Positions 62,801-64,000 of a stretch of 64,000 nucleotides of DNA are shown here, piece after piece. The DNA is from Chara braunii (lineage: Eukaryota > Plantae > Charophyceae): assembly GCA_003427395.1 (NCBI GenBank), contig BFEA01000025.1:3448728-3512727 (forward strand), read 5' to 3'. Position numbers and translations under genes: made by a program. Under the pieces are notes generated by a model, which was not told where the DNA came from, searched no databases, and saw nothing but the letters and a program-made list of their open reading frames with translations. Each line of letters begins with the position of its first letter. Position 1 is the stretch's first letter.

Positions 62801-63467
62801 GGCTGGCAGATAGGTACTGGAGGATACCCAGGAAGTACAGCAATGGGGACCCTACTGACAGATATTGGGTGCACCTCATACGTACATGGAGAAAGCTCCC
62901 TCCCTCCGACCGGTCTGGTCCAGAGAGGAGGGAAGAAATCTTGAGGCAACCCCTATTTGGAAACTGCCTAATATCAGACTCTGAAGGGCGTGTACGGTGT
63001 GCGTCAGACTCACCGTGGAAGGGCTGGGTGAAGCACGGTGTACGAAAAGTTGGGGACCTTTGGGACTCCGAGACACGGGAGTGGAAGAGCGTGGAAAGAT
63101 TACGAACAACCCTACGATATTGTCACTTTACTGAAAGGGCACTGGAGCACCTGATTGACAGTTTCCCCCTCCACTGGTACGCCACTCTGAGAAGAGGACC
63201 CTGCGTAAAGGAAGATGACTGGGTAGGGCTGCCGGGTCACGAGCGGGAGGTAGGGTACGTGCACCTCACAAACCACACTCACGTGCTAATTGAAACCTTC
63301 GCCATTCTTACGGATAATAGACTTCAGCGTAACCAGCGACCCTTCGTATGGAAGGAACAAAGGGAAGTTTATCGCATCAAGGTTATTACGGAGGGAAATC
63401 ACCAGAGGGCGTATCGCCCAATGACTCCAATCGAGGACCTCCCCCTGGACCCTGATGAGTGGCAATG
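59884..63467 (+). pseudogene. LINE ORF2: APE endonuclease and reverse transcriptase, disabled
   Basis: EN motifs SINVNGL, DVICIQETHL, IIAGDFNA, SRIDLILLS, GLDH. RT motifs KTPGIDGFPKEFW, NYRPITL, FIDFEKAYDHVDW, VRQGDPIAPYLF, LFADDLTI. In-frame stops at 60811, 61477 and 62401 and a frameshift near 60000. Confidence 0.95.
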
Positions 63468-64000
63468 CTTCCTCTTCTCCTTCTTCTTCTTCTACTTCTT
63501 TTTCTTCCTCTTCTGCGTTTTCCTTCCCCTTCTGTTCAGGACCTCCCCCGTGCGCCGAGCTGCGTGGCCGTCTCCTCCTGGGGCTTTTTTTTTTTTTTGC
63601 CCCTGCTTTTCCTACCTTTTCTTCTTCGCGCCCCTCTTTTTCTTAATGTCCTGTGTGCGCCACGTTAGGACACCTCGACTCTCCTCCTCACTCATCCTCC
63701 TCCGTCCCTCCTACCCTTTTTTACCTCCATCCTCCCCTCCCTTCCTGCCTCAGCTTGGTGCGTGGTTGAAGGATGGCCGAACCTTCCCTTGCTCTACCGT
63801 TCTGTGCTGTCCTTCCCCCTTCCCTCCTCTCTTTCTTTCTCAGAAGAAGCAGTTAAAGTATAAACAGATAATCAATGTAGTCCTAAATCTTCTTTTTCTC
63901 TATTTTTCGCACCTTGTCTTCCTCTCCCGCCCTCGCTTTCTCTCTGATGCCTTGGGTCCTCTCTCGCCCTGACTTACTTCTGATGACAAGGGGGGGGGGG

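Larger units (their letters stand above)
55172..63467. mobile_element. Near full-length L1/Tx1-clade non-LTR retrotransposon with a 5' inversion (3' part on - strand 55172-~56797; 5' part on + strand ~56798-63467)
   Basis: ORF1 (zinc knuckle) and ORF2 (APE endonuclease, RT) lie on +. The ORF2 C-terminus, 3' UTR and poly(A) lie on -. The two parts join up in protein sequence when compared with the sister copy at 38763-39638. Candidate TSD GCTTCCT at 55165-55171 and 63467-63473. Confidence 0.9.

Noticed and set aside
63468-63972. Hydrophobic C-terminal extension of ORF2 (F/L-rich tail of the 498-aa ORF)
   Set aside because: It is read-through into pyrimidine-rich flanking DNA beyond the inversion breakpoint.

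Overview
Repeat-saturated eukaryotic DNA with about 5 kb of N gaps. The plant-type U2 and U6 sequences point to the green lineage; a large-genome streptophyte such as Chara is only a guess. I recognise no host protein-coding gene. Contents: (1) one near-complete but disabled L1/Tx1-clade LINE (about 55172-63467) whose 5' 6.7 kb is inverted relative to its 3' end, a twin-priming geometry with a candidate TSD; (2) several further LINE fragments and more than 10 copies of a shared three-hairpin 3' terminus; (3) four U6 and one U2 snRNA retro-pseudogenes, plus tRNA-derived SINE heads; (4) many MITE and fold-back families; (5) micro- and minisatellites; (6) three Nextera mate-pair junction adapters, which mark 53.1-55.2 kb as assembly artefact. 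The most unusual object is a CRISPR-like array at 26174-27232: 12-13 copies of a 21-nt hairpin repeat, with dissimilar 38-41 nt spacers in its first half and covarying stems. Most ORFs in the supplied track are spurious (simple repeats, N runs, antisense to LINEs). All comparisons were made by eye, so boundaries are approximate.
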